Position numbers and translations under genes: made by a program. 40,228 nucleotides of DNA from Octopus sinensis (lineage: Eukaryota), in NCBI RefSeq assembly GCF_006345805.1, contig NW_021835735.1, forward strand, positions 1 to 40,228, given 5' to 3'. The notes under the pieces are model-generated. The model saw nothing but the letters and a program-made list of their open reading frames with translations. It made no database searches and was not told where the DNA came from. Below, piece by piece: positions 1-12,707 of this stretch (the stretch's first letter is position 1; every line of letters starts with the position of its first letter).

Positions 1-1459
1 CGGATGCAGAAAATCAACACGGGATGATTATACCGTTAGGTCTCCAGTTCTGTGGTGTAGGTTGTTTTATATTTTCTCGTTCACGCCGCTAACCGTCTAA
101 AAAATATAAAAATCGGTGAATGAAAACTTACCGATGTTTCCCGGACGAATTACCAGCCATTATATGCAATAGAAGCTCTAGCTGATTAAATTAATCACCC
201 ATCTATCATTCCTCATCATGATCTGAAAATTTACTGCGATATTCACCCGGAGATAATATGGACATACTGTGAGATTAGACTCACAGTATATATCGGAGGT
301 AAACTTAAATGTTCCTGGCTGCAGTTTCTGAGATTGCTAGATATACATTTGCAACACGTTGTGCATTGTCTTACTCGGTATCACACCCAATTCGCAAGCT
401 CAGACGAAATTTTTTGTCAAAGATATAGAAAAACAATGCGTGAATAGTTACTACTGTTGCTAAAAGCCTCCCAGCTGATTAGAGTTCCGTTACATACAAA
501 GCATGCAGTATTAGATTAAAGTAACCACTTGCGCATCATATCTACTACGAATAGTTCTTTAATATGAATAGATCTATCTTTCTTTCTTCCTTTCTCTCCC
601 TCTCATCTCTTCTTTATCACACTCACACAGACGTACTCATATAAATACGTATTATATATATTTCCATATCCAAATGGAATAGGAGCAACGACACATATAG
701 CAAACGCATTCTGATTCACAGAGGTGTATTGCTTCGAACACCATGGAGTGGACATGGAATAGAGCAGAAAATATCTAGTATGCGATGGCAAATGACATGT
801 GCACACTAATGGGAAAAGAAGCTAGGTTCAAGGTAAAATGAAGACTCATAGAAGACAAAATGAAAATAGCGCAAGCAGTGAAATATTATTGGTTTGAGAT
901 ACCTACTAATCAATTGACACCATGATATTATAAACATAAATAGAGTTGGAAAACGAAAGAAATTCGTAGTAGAGATTTAGCTGTGTGCAGTAAATCGTAA
1001 ACTACATTGGGCAATTTTCTTATTTCAATCTTCTTCATTATAACATTTAATAATACTTTCTCTTTCGCTGTTATGTTTTCTTCTTCATTGTAATAACTGT
1101 TTATTGCAATACTTAAACACAATTCATATATGTAGTAATTTTCGTATAAAGGAAAAGAACACTGCTGAGTGTCACAGTTTGATAAAATCAATGTAAGTAA
1201 ATAGAAAAATAATTTGCTAGTAGATATGTGTGCGATGATTAATGGAATAGAAAAACTCAAACAAGAATTTTAATCGAAATATCAATGTAAATGTTATTTT
1301 ATTTAATTTTATCTGCTGTCTGTTCTGTAAATAATGTTATACTCAGAAGATGGAGACGATATCGTATTAGTTAATCGTGCACACATTCTTCTAAACGCCA
1401 ACAATTACATACGCACGCGCACACTTTTACATGTTTATGGATGTGTGGTGTATAAGTAT

Positions 1460-1864
1460 ATTCTTTTACTCTTTTATTCTTTTACTTGTTTCAGTCATTT
1501 GACTGCAGTCATGCTGGAGCACCGCCTTTAGTCGAGCAAATCGACCCCAGGACTTATTCTTTGTAAGCCTAGTACTTATTGTATCTGTCTCGTTAGCCGA
1601 ACTGCTAAGTTACGGGACGTAAACACACCAGCATCGGTTATCAAGCGATGTTGAGAAGAAAAACACACGACACACACTTACATATATAAATACATATATA
1701 CGACGGGCTTCTTTCAGTTTCCGTCTACCAAATCCACTCACAAGGCTTTGGTCGGCCCGAAGCTATAGTAGAAGACACTTGCCCAAGGTACCACGCAGTG
1801 TGACTGAACCCGGAACCATGTGGTTGGTAAGCAAGTTACTTACCACATAGCTACTCCTACGCCT
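1460..1864 (-). mobile_element. tRNA-derived SINE, family A (octopus-type), near full length
   Basis: Reverse complement has a tRNA-like head (A-box-like TAGCTATGTGG, B-box-like GGTTCAGTCAC), an internal (TA)/(TG) tract and a 3' tail GGCGGTGCTCCAGCATGACTGCAGTCAAATGACTGAAACAAGTAAAAG; aligns by eye to copies at 9294, 12022 and 23722. Confidence 0.9.
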
Positions 1865-1881
1865 TTCAAAATGTGACCTCG

Positions 1882-2066
1882 TGTGTACCATTGGCGATTT
1901 CTTTTCCTCTGTCTTCCCTTCTCTGGATCTTTCCTTCTCCTATTTTTCCGACGAAGAGCTCAACTCGAAACGTTAAACCCTCCTTCTTTCCTGAGCGCCC
2001 AATAATACTATATTTGTTCCACGTCCTCGCGTTGTTGTGTTTCTTGTGCTTTCTTGTTTGGATTAA
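1882..2066 (+). mobile_element. ~185-bp Penelope-like (pLTR-type) short repeat carrying a hammerhead motif
   Basis: Closely similar to the reverse complement of 28476-28663 with the same boundaries (TGTGTACC...GGATTAA); contains CCGACGA-A-GAG-CTCAA-CTC-GAAACGTTAAAC. Penelope assignment is inference from the HHR and the T-rich tail. Confidence 0.6.
1944..1978 (+). ncRNA. Minimal type I hammerhead ribozyme motif, degenerate (U4 to C)
   Basis: TTTT CCGACGA A GAG ctcaa CTC GAAA CG T T AAAC: stem II GAG/CTC, palindromic ACGT stem III, short stem I; the core CUGA is mutated to CCGA. Confidence 0.5.
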
Positions 2067-2112
2067 AATTATCAATAAATACATCGATATAGATTTAGAT
2101 ACATATATACAT

Positions 2113-2300
2113 ACATCTATTATATAAAATCCGTGTGTGTGTGTGTGTGTGTGTCTTCAAGGATCTCGGGCATCCTCCATCCGATTGCGCTCAAATTTGA
2201 TATGTAGATACTGACGTATCAGGGCGTGTATAACTCTTCGAAAAATTACAAAAATCGACCCCAGGAGAGAATGCGATCGATAAAGCCGTTGGAACGTGCA
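2113..2300 (+). mobile_element. DINE-1/HINE-like (Helentron-associated) non-autonomous element fragment
   Basis: (GT)n tract followed by GATCTCGG...CCATCCGATTGCGCTCAAATTTGATATGTAG, resembling the conserved core that follows the microsatellite in DINE-1/HINE elements (recognised from memory). Confidence 0.4.
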
Positions 2301-3889
2301 TTTGTAAAATCGTTTTAGAATAGAAAAAAAATCTATCTTTATTTCTTCTTTTGCTGGTGTCTCAAATTTAGGCTAAACTATTGTTTCTCAAAGGGGAGGC
2401 CTATGGGATGGTCGGACAAGTTGTTTTGAGAAAATTTGGTTTAAATCTTTGACAACTCAACGCCGTTCATAGATACATATGTGTGTGTATGTATGTGTAT
2501 GTATACATATATATGTATATGTATACATATGCTTGAGCGGGTCTGTATGTATGTGTGTGTATGTGTGTGTGTGTGAGAGTGTGCATGTTGGCTTGCGTAT
2601 CAAATGATTTGTATATGACCACTTGTGTAATGTATAATAGAGTTTTATATATATATCAATGTAAGCGTATTACTTTGTATATGTGGCAAGAGTAATTGTT
2701 TATATTTATAAATGTATGTTTGTAAGCAAGCCCAATAAAATATTTCTTTTTGACATGTGGATCTTTAGTCTATAATCGTAACACAAAACACTATTACGTT
2801 AGCATGAGAAAGTTTTGGTATCCCAGAATTTTCTATGACAAATTTTACATTGTAGATCTGCTTAACAGATAAACAATTCGGAAGTCAAGAGGAAACGGAG
2901 CAATATGTCTTTCAGGTGGGCTATCCCCTTATGAAACTTAAAACCGTTTTTACAAATTAACAGAAAATCCGCAAATTATATTTCTGCCGTGCAGAATTAA
3001 TGCTAGAAATTGAAGATCGGAGCATATAATTTTTATTTTATATTTCACGATTGTTTGAACGATAGAATGCTTATTCGTCATGCATTTTTCTTGTAAATGT
3101 ATCCAGTGTTAACGACCTAGTTACAAATGCTACCGTCCATGGAAATTCTTTCATCAGAACTTTACATCAAACACAATACGCAGAAACCATCTGGTATTTC
3201 ACTTAAATACGTTTTATTCAACCAACATAGAACTTAATTATTGCAATTCCAAAGTACATGGTATCCTACAACAACAGTATGTGATGTCCTATTATTTCTT
3301 TAGGAAAATGTCATAAAATCCGTGTCCTTTAAACCAAGTGACCATGAAAAAGAAGGTTGCAAATATATTTCCACAAGTCTAAGAAGCAAGAAATAACACC
3401 AATGTGGATACGAAGGATATTATTTCAGTAAACTTTCAGATTATGTGGAACTTTCTCACTGTCTAGACACTTTCTGTAATCGAATGTATTGAGGAGGACA
3501 CATTATACAAAATATGGAAACTTTAGTCGATAATAAGTCAATCGACAAAATCAGTCGGCCGTTATTAAATATATGGTAATAAGAATATGGAAACAAAAAT
3601 ATGATTAAAAAATATAAAAAGTAAAAACAAGTAGAATAGCATTTGATATATGGAAGTTGATTAATGTCTTATTTTAATCAACCAATATTACTGTAATCAA
3701 TTAGGTCTTGTGTTAATTAATCTGGACATTAGCAAGTTTGTTACATTAGAGCATTGATGTAAAATCGTATCTGGGAGACGCGTCAAGTGAAATACATACT
3801 GAATTTTTTGTCTTTTTACGTACGTGTTTAGGAAATCAAGCAGGTATGTACATATGATACTACATACATACATATCTAGTCTCTCTCGC

Positions 3890-3893
3890 CATA

Positions 3894-3960
<67 letters not shown>

Positions 3961-4243
3961 ATATATATATAATATATATATATACATGTATATGTATATA
4001 TATTTGTATGCATATATTATATGTATATGTATATATATTGTATGTATATATATATATATGTATATATTTGTATGTATATATATATATAGTATATATATTG
4101 TATGTAAATATATTATGTATATATATTGTGTATATATATATATATACATGTATATGTATAATATATGTATGTATATATTTATATATTACATGTATACATG
4201 TATATGTATATAATATGTATATATTTGTATGTATATATATTTG

Positions 4244-4279
<36 letters not shown>

Positions 4280-4342
4280 CATGTATATATATATATACAT
4301 GTATATATATATACATGATAATATATATAACAGTATATATAT
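3890..4342. repeat. (CT)n plus compound AT-rich micro/minisatellite
   Basis: (CT)n then (AT)n interrupted by CATG and TTTGTATG motifs, the same vocabulary as 6281-7305. Confidence 0.95.
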
Positions 4343-6206
4343 GAAGACCCTCATCAATAACCAAAGATCAGCTGAGGAGAAGTGGGCCATTGAAAAAATC
4401 AAACTCAACCCCAAAGTGTTCTTTTCATTTGCGAGGAAACGCAGGGTCACTGTCTCCACTGTAGGTCCTCTAATTGACGAAACTGGCACTCTCCAAGATA
4501 ATGCCAAATCCATGGCCGAGATACTGCAGAAACAATACTGCTCTGTTTTCAGCAATCCTGATATGGCCGATCTGGGCTGTATCAGTGATGTCAACCCCCA
4601 ACACACTATATCGGACATAACGTTTAGTGCCCCTGATGTCTTAGCGGCGATAAACGAAATAAAACGCAATTCAGCAGTAGGCCCCGATAGGTTCCCTGCT
4701 TGTGTCCTGAAGGTGTGTCGACACCAACTTGCATCTCCCCTTGATAATCTGTGGAGAAACTCACTGGATGCTGGCTATATTCCAAAAAATCTCCTGTCCC
4801 AGTCTGTTGTCCCAGTTTTCAAAAAGGGAAACAAGTCCCTTGCAGTGAATTACCGTCCGATCTCACTCACCTCTCATATCATCAAGGTATTTGAGAGGGT
4901 GGTGAGATCTCGAATAACCCAATTTCTGGAAAGCAACAGACGGCTGATCTCCAACCAACATGGGTTCCGTAATGGAAGGGACTGCCTAACGCAGCTCCTG
5001 CATCACTTTGAGGACATTTTGAGAGCTTTGGGAGAGGGCTCCAACACCGATGTCATCTCCTTGATTTCAGTAAGGCCTTCGACAGGGTCGATCACAAGAT
5101 CCTATTGAAAAAACTATCCAACATTGGTGTCTCTGGAAAGTTACTGAAATGGATTAAGTGTTTCCTGACAGACAGATCTCAACATGTTGTAGTTGAAGGG
5201 GTAAAATCAAGCCCAGCCAAAGTCAGTAGTGGCGTTCCGCAAGGCACTGTGCTGGGCCCACTTCTTTTCATCATTTACATTAATGACATTAATGACATCA
5301 TCAAGCACAGCAACATAAAAATCTTTGCAGATGACTCCAAGCTACAGAAGGTCATAAATGAGGCGAGTGACCGGACATGCCTTCAGTCAGATCTACTGGC
5401 TGTTATCCAATGGGCAGAAAAAAACAATATGCTGCTGAACGAGGATAAATTTGAGCTAATCCACTTTGGAAAAGAGGATGCCCTGAAACTCCCATACTCC
5501 CTTCCTCCAGGTGAAACTCTCGCGGCGTCCAACAACATCAGAGACTTGGGAGTAATTGTGGACAACAACGTAAGCTGGGCCACTCATATAAACACAAAGT
5601 GGACATGGCCCGCAGAATGTGTTCCTGGATTCTCAGAACTTTCCAGTCGAGAGATATCCACACCATTATCCTTCTCTTCTCCACTTTTGCCCGACCCCAC
5701 CTTGAATACTGTTGTCCACTGTGGTCTCCCCACACAATACAAGGTATCATAAAAGTTGAAGCACCACAAAGGGCAATCACAAAAAAGATAGATGGCATGA
5801 CAGGCCTCGACTATTGGGGTCGACTAGAAAAGCTAAAACTCTATTCTCTCCAACGTCGTCGTGAGCGCTACATCATCTGCATGATGTGGAAAATATTCCA
5901 TCAGCATTGCCCAAATGATGTTGGCATCACCTTTAAGGTACATCCAAGCTTGGGCCCCGTGCCATCCGCCCAAAACAAAAATCGCACTCTCATCTCATAA
6001 CAACAATACGGCACAATTATTTCACCTCAATTGGCCCCGCTCTCTTTAACATTACACCAAAACACATTAAAACAGAAACTGACCCTATAGGGTTCAAGAG
6101 TCTTTGGACAGATTCCTTCAAAATCCCGGATAAACCCCCTACACCCGGATATGTCTCTGTAAACAATAACTCTCTACTTGAGTGGGTCATAGTGCCCAAA
6201 TTCTGA
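4341..6206 (+). pseudogene. LINE ORF2 (reverse transcriptase and C-terminal region), frameshifted
   Basis: Continuous RT protein can be reassembled across 1-bp deletions at about 5059, 5597, 5957, 6098 and 6121, ending ...PGYVSVNNNSLLEWVIVPKF* (TGA 6204-6206); no in-frame stops in the reconstructed frame. Confidence 0.88.
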
Positions 6207-6280
6207 CTTGAAAGACTTCACCAGGTGGTGCTATTAAGTTAGACATGGCCTGGGCCAATAATGGCCGAAACCTATCAAAG
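4343..6280 (+). mobile_element. 5'-truncated CR1-clade non-LTR retrotransposon (LINE)
   Basis: RT-region motifs [85 protein letters not shown]; ends in a short 3' UTR with stem-loop GGCCA-ATAA-TGGCC-GAAAC. No endonuclease domain present. Confidence 0.92.
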
Positions 6281-6543
6281 TATATGTATATATATTTGTA
6301 TGTATATAATATATATATATATATTTATATATATATATATACATGTATATGTATATATATTTGTATGTATATATATTATATATACACATGTATATGTATA
6401 TATATTTGTAAGTATATATATATACATATATATATACATGTATATGTATATATATTTGTACGTATATATATATACATATATATATACATGTATATGTATA
6501 TATATTTGTATGTATATATATATTACATATATATATACATGTA

Positions 6544-6574
<31 letters not shown>

Positions 6575-6607
6575 ATATATATACATGTATATGTATATAT
6601 ATTTGTA

Positions 6608-6639
<32 letters not shown>

Positions 6640-7305
6640 CATGTATATGTATATATCTGTATTTATATATATATATATATGTATATATATTGTATGTATA
6701 TATATATATATTTGTATATATATACATGTATATATATATATATATTTGTATGTATTATCTATATATATATGCATGTATATATATATATATTTGTATATAT
6801 ATACATATATATATATTATTTGATATATATTTGTATATATATACATATATATATATATATATTTGTATGTATATATGTATATATGTTCATGTATATATAT
6901 TATATATATATATATTTGTATGTATATATATATATATATATTTATGTATATATGTATAATATACATGTATATATATATATCTGTATGTATGTATATATAT
7001 ATATATATGTATGTATATATATATATATATTTCTATGTATATATATATACATGTATATATATATTATTGTATATATATGCATGTATATATATATGTGTAT
7101 GTATGTATGTATATATATATATATATATGTATATACATGTATATGTATATATATTTGTATGTATATATATATATATTTATGTACATGCATATGTATGTCT
7201 ATATATAAATGTATATATGTACAAATATATATATATACACAACCTCTTATATATATATTTATATACACACATATATCTAAATATCTCTCTCTATATATAT
7301 ATACA
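6281..7305. repeat. AT-rich higher-order minisatellite (~50-bp unit) decaying to (AT)n
   Basis: CATG recurs at 6387, 6437, 6487, 6538 and 6586 within the unit CATGTATATGTATATATATTTGTANGTATATATATATACATATATATATA. Confidence 0.92.
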
Positions 7306-7863
7306 TCATCTGACAAACGGAAGGAATGCAACTAAATAAATAAAACTCAGTATACCTTTGATTTTATTATTTGTAGCTAAGAAGATGTGTTCGTGACACC
7401 TCAGCGTAGAGTTTCTTGGAAACTTTCGTATTTCACAAACGGCAAGTTTTTGAACCTATCATATATATACGGTGATAAAATTAGAAATAACTCCAGTATA
7501 AGAGAAACATTTTAATTCTCTCATTATAGTTCTGTATTTCGGTAGACAATTGGATATGTATAAATGTTAACAAAGCGTACGCATTTATATTACCATTAAA
7601 AATTAGAGATACATATATTCATTCTATATTACATCAGCTTCATATAAAATCTACAACACTTGAGGAATTAATCAGACATGATTATTCAGTAGAGTGTGGT
7701 TCTCAGTGAAATGTGAATGAAATGAAATAATATTAAAAGAAACTTCTGAACGATTTTAAACGTATAAGGATATCTTCAATTTAAGTCTGTTATCTTACAA
7801 TGAGAAAATACATACCACTCAACGTATCAGTAATATGTAGTTGTATGTTCAACACACCTATGA

Positions 7864-8038
7864 ATTATATATATATACATACCTATATATATATATATAT
7901 CTATATATATATATATATGTATGCATATATTATATATATATATATATATAATATATATATATGTATGCATATATATAATATATATATAATATATATATAT
8001 ATATGTGCATATATATATATATATATATATGTTGCATA

Positions 8039-8076
<38 letters not shown>

Positions 8077-8102
8077 CATATATATATATATGTATGCATA
8101 TC

Positions 8103-8135
<33 letters not shown>

Positions 8136-8157
8136 CATATATAGATATATATATGTA

Positions 8158-8193
<36 letters not shown>

Positions 8194-8194
8194 C

Positions 8195-8230
<36 letters not shown>

Positions 8231-8285
8231 CTATATGCATATATTATTTATTATATATGCATACATATATATATATATATATATG

Positions 8286-8324
<39 letters not shown>

Positions 8325-8343
8325 TACATATATATATGTATAC

Positions 8344-8379
<36 letters not shown>

Positions 8380-8390
8380 CATATACATAC

Positions 8391-8460
<70 letters not shown>
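7864..8460. repeat. (AT)n microsatellite interrupted by GTATGCAT motifs
   Basis: Direct reading of the sequence. Confidence 0.95.
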
Positions 8461-8463
<3 letters not shown>

Positions 8464-8884
8464 TAAATGTAAGCATAAGCAAGTTAGGCAAGTCGATGCA
8501 CAAAAAATATTGAATAAATTTAATATAATAAATGTACCTATGTTTACATATAGTCATGTCCGACTTACACAAAATAAAAATGATATCAAGAAAGAAAGGG
8601 GTTGATTAAGAGTTTTCCGAGGCCGTCAACTGATACTGGGGGCTTGGTGGTCCCAAATAATAATTGTAAATTGGTTCAATCAGCTGATAATTTTTTACTT
8701 TCTTCCCCATAATATTTGAATCACTCTTTATAATTCTTTAATATACTTTATTCTTTAATATACTCAAAATTCTCTTGCCGTGTTGCTGCCTAGAGAAATT
8801 GTCTTTCATAAATTATGCAAGAGTCTCAAAATAAGCAATATTCAATCAAAATTACTTTCGTTTAATAATAATAATAATAATAAT

Positions 8885-8935
<51 letters not shown>

Positions 8936-9012
8936 AACACAATTCTGCCGTCAAATTCCACAAAATATTTCATCATCACCGCCATATTTATTTCTATTAA
9001 ATAATCCGTCGC

Positions 9013-9270
9013 CATTCACTCCCTCATAACTACCAAACAAGAGGCATTGCTGACTTGAATTTTGAGACGCCCTTTTGTCGAGTATCAATTTATTTAAAAA
9101 GCGTTGTTCATACCAGTATTAGCATATGGAATAATATGTCACCGCGTAAGCTAAACAACATCTTTTCGTTGTCAAATTTCAAAAAGACATCATTAAAAAC
9201 CCACCTTCTGCAGAACGAATCTAGTGCTTCAAATTCAGAGTACCAAGGAGTCTCAAACGAAATCTTTTGA
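9013..9270 (+). mobile_element. 3' end of an L2/Crack/Daphne-type LINE ORF2 (old fragment)
   Basis: In-frame translation HNYQTRGIADLNFETPFCRVSIYLKSVVHTSISIWNNMSPRKLNNIFSLSNFKKTSLKTHLL matches the typical H-x-Y-x-TR...WN...FKK-x-LK-x-LL C-terminus of these ORF2 proteins. Confidence 0.6.
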
Positions 9271-9293
9271 ACCATATATATATATATATATAT

Positions 9294-9678
9294 AGGTGCA
9301 GGGGTGGCTGTGTGGTAAGTAGCTTGCTAACCAACCACATGCTTCCGGGTTCAGTCCAACTGCGTGGCATCTTGGGCAAGTGTCTTCTGCTATAGCCCCG
9401 GGCCGACTAATGCCTTGTGAGTGGATTTGGTAAACGGAAACTGAGAGAAGCCTGTCGTATATATGTATATATGTGTATGTGTGTCTGTGTTTGTCCCCCT
9501 AGCATTGCTTGAGAACCGATGCTGGTGTGTTTGCGTCCCCGTCACTTAGCGGTTCGGCAAAAGTGACCGATAGAATAAGTACTGGGCTTACAAAGAATAA
9601 GTGCCGGGTTGATTTTCTCGACTGAAGGCAGTGCTCCAGCATGGCCGCAGTCAAATGACTTAAACAAGTAAAAGAGTA
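9294..9678 (+). mobile_element. tRNA-derived SINE, family A
   Basis: Head AGGTGCAGGGGTGGCTGTGTGG...GGGTTCAGTCC; tail GTGCTCCAGCATGGCCGCAGTCAAATGACTTAAACAAGTAAAAGAG. Confidence 0.9.
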
Positions 9679-10049
9679 TATAAGATTCAGTTGAGTTAGG
9701 TACTTAAATTGAGGCACCTTGCTAGGTCGATCTAATTTGCACACCCAAATCATATCACGTGAATATGAAATTTTTTGCAGAAGTATTTGCATCTGATCTT
9801 CTTGCTGTCCATACATACATACACATATAAGTATGCATGCATGTGAATATAAATGCTTATACAAAATAAAATAGAGACGTGCATATACATTTATACACCG
9901 CATACGCAATTGTATAGTTACGTGTATATGCGAAAACAGGTCATCTAAATCAGAGTGGGTCGACTAGAATCTATTTGTTTTTTTTAAAATATATTTAAGA
10001 CTTCATTGCATCAGAAAACGCGTTCATAACTAATGTGTAGTTTGGCATT

Positions 10050-10390
10050 TTAAGAAAACTTAGATATTATTTCAATCAGATAAATTAGATAAGGAGCAGT
10101 TTTTGTTCTCTTCTGAGTAAATTTACTGCATAACATGTGTAATTGCTGCTGTTCTCTAAAGACAAAGCGAATATCCTGCAATTCTAAAATAAACATTTTT
10201 CCAGCCGTGACCATCCAGTTTTATTTTATTACAACTGTTTTGTCAGCAACCGTGAATATATTGAACTATAAACATCAAATGTGTGTCACTCGTTTTATAA
10301 GAGAGTATTGTGTAGGAGCGGAATGAGTTTCGCTTACACTTTAATGCGTGCTTAGTAAACACAGATGGGTGTGCCCTGCATTTTTGATAT
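10050..10390 (-). mobile_element. Decayed hAT (Charlie/ZBED5-like) transposase fragment
   Basis: Minus-strand pieces AHPSVFTKHALKCK (CxxH-x-x-AL region) and NWMVTAGKMFILELQDIRFVFREQQQLHMLCSKFTQ...APYL resemble the RWLSRGK...ELRxEIxxFL...LAYL segment; stops and frameshifts present. Confidence 0.4.
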
Positions 10391-11018
10391 TGTTCTGTTG
10401 TGTCATAATGTAATTTGTTCTTTATATATAACATATCCTTTAACCATTATAATGCTGTTGATATATTATCATTATTATAATGTTTTAGGATAGGAGACAT
10501 ATAAATCCAACGCTTTGTCGAAGTACAAAAGGAAAATATTATGAACATTAGCTTTGTGATATGCTGTGATATTCGTAATGTGAATACTACAGATATAACG
10601 ACTCCATAAATAAATAAATATATTGATCTTAAAACAAGCGGATGAATGGTGAGTCACAACGTGATGTAATGGGCTTTGCATTTGTTCAGGAACTAAGTGT
10701 TGTGAGTTTTCTTGTATTTGATCTTACACTATGTGAGTTTATATAGATTTCATTTCTTCATTCAATATCTCAGTGCTATAAAACCCATTGACGCTCTCCC
10801 CACCATTTACACACGCATAATGAAACATATGAAGATATACACACACAGACACACACACACATGGGCACACGCACACACATTCCCACCAACGCCCGCTTAT
10901 ATATATATATGCATATGTGTTATATATGTTTTTGTAGGTGCAAATACACCAATACGAACGTGTTAATATACATATATGCATACCCCAACCAACACAAATA
11001 CTCATACAGAAATATACA

Positions 11019-11064
<46 letters not shown>

Positions 11065-11661
11065 CTTTTTATGTATGTATGTATAAATAAATATATATAT
11101 CGTGTTACTTATATAATAAGCTCGAATGCACACACTCACATGCAAATTTATATATGTATGCGTACGTGTAAAACAAACTTTGATCTGTACATGAACAATA
11201 ATGGAATCACTATTTTCAACACCAAAATGAGTGGAACGCCACTAGGTGGGGACATTCGGATAGCAAGCAGAGGATTACCTGCATATGACGTCCCTGACCA
11301 CGTTTCGATTCTCAGTTGAGTCGTAATTAACGTTACTGACGTCATTTCCGCTTTTGTCGGTGCCATAAATACTACAAATCCCTATTTCGCTCATTTAAAA
11401 AAGTATTGCTCTACAACTGGGTAAAAGAAAAAGAAGTACTTTCTGACCATATGATATGTCCATATAGATATACGCATACACGTGTTCACGCTCAAACACA
11501 CACGCAGACACAAACAAACACACAGATAGATAGACACACACAAACACATACACGCATTTCTTCGTGCTTAAATCTTATAAACTTGCTGAGATAGTAAATA
11601 ATCATCATGAATTATTATATACAAACATCTCTTCCGTTTGCACACATCCGTACGTGCAGGT

Positions 11662-11819
11662 CTGTGTGTGTGTGTGTGCGTATGTATGTATGTATGTATG
11701 TATGTCTGTATGTGTGTGTGTGTATGTATGTATGTATGTATGTATGTATGTATGTATGTATGTGTGTATGTATGTATGTATGTATGTATTATGTATGTAT
11801 GTATGTATGTATGTATGTA

Positions 11820-11850
<31 letters not shown>

Positions 11851-11975
11851 ATGTTGTATGTATGTATGTGTGTGTGTATGTATGTATGTATGTATGTATG
11901 TATGTATGTATGTATGTATGTATGTATGTATGTATGTATGTATGTGTGTGTGTGTATGTGTGTGCATGTGTGTAT
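11662..11975. repeat. (TATG)n/(TG)n compound microsatellite
   Basis: Direct reading of the sequence. Confidence 0.97.
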
Positions 11976-12021
11976 GCATACATGTACTGAAGACACTGCG
12001 ATTAAAAAGAATTCTTCTTTA

Positions 12022-12415
12022 ACTTTTTTACTTATTTCAGTCATTTGACTGCGGCCACGCTGAAGCACCGCCTTTTAGTCGAGCAAATCGACCCTTTGTA
12101 AGCCTAGTACTTATTCTATCGGTCTCTTTTGCAGAACCGCTAAGTGACGGGGACGTAAACACACCAGCATCGGTTGTCAAGCGATGTTGGGGGGAGAAAC
12201 ACAGACACACAAACACATACACACACATACATATTTATATATACATATATACGATGGGCTTCTTTCAGTTTCCGTCTATCAAAACCACTCACAAGGCTTT
12301 TGTCGGCCCGAGGCTATAGTAGAAGAAACGTGCCCAAGGTGCCACGCAGTGGTATTGAACTCGGAACCATGTGGTTCGTAAGCCAGCTACTTATCACACA
12401 GCCACTCCTACGCCT
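12022..12415 (-). mobile_element. tRNA-derived SINE, family A
   Basis: Reverse-complement match to 9294-9678 and 23722-24124; short internal deletion near 12095. Confidence 0.9.
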
Positions 12416-12707
12416 ATATGCGTTGTCAGTTTTAATTTGAACCTCTAATGTGCGTAGCTGCATTCACTCTTCTATTACTTATTGGCGTCTTCTTTTGAAT
12501 AAAGTTATGCTATTGGCGCTATATGTTTTGCAACATGCACAAAGCCACGGTGGGCATAATGTTGTACCTAATTATTTCATTATCGTCGTATTAATATTGT
12601 TGTATTTAGGAATGGTCATTTTGCCAGTTTAACCAATAAAAACATATATATTTGGTGTTACTTTGCTTCAGCGTTATTCATTTTTTTCATTAATCTTAAT
12701 CTTATTT

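Noticed and set aside
3697-8605. Numerous long Y/I/M/C-rich ORFs on both strands
   Set aside because: Translations of (AT)n-based microsatellites, which lack stop codons in several frames; only the part of 4008-5108 after about 4341 is real (LINE RT).
11564-12068. CMYV/HTYI-repeat ORFs
   Set aside because: (TATG)n and (TG)n microsatellite translations.
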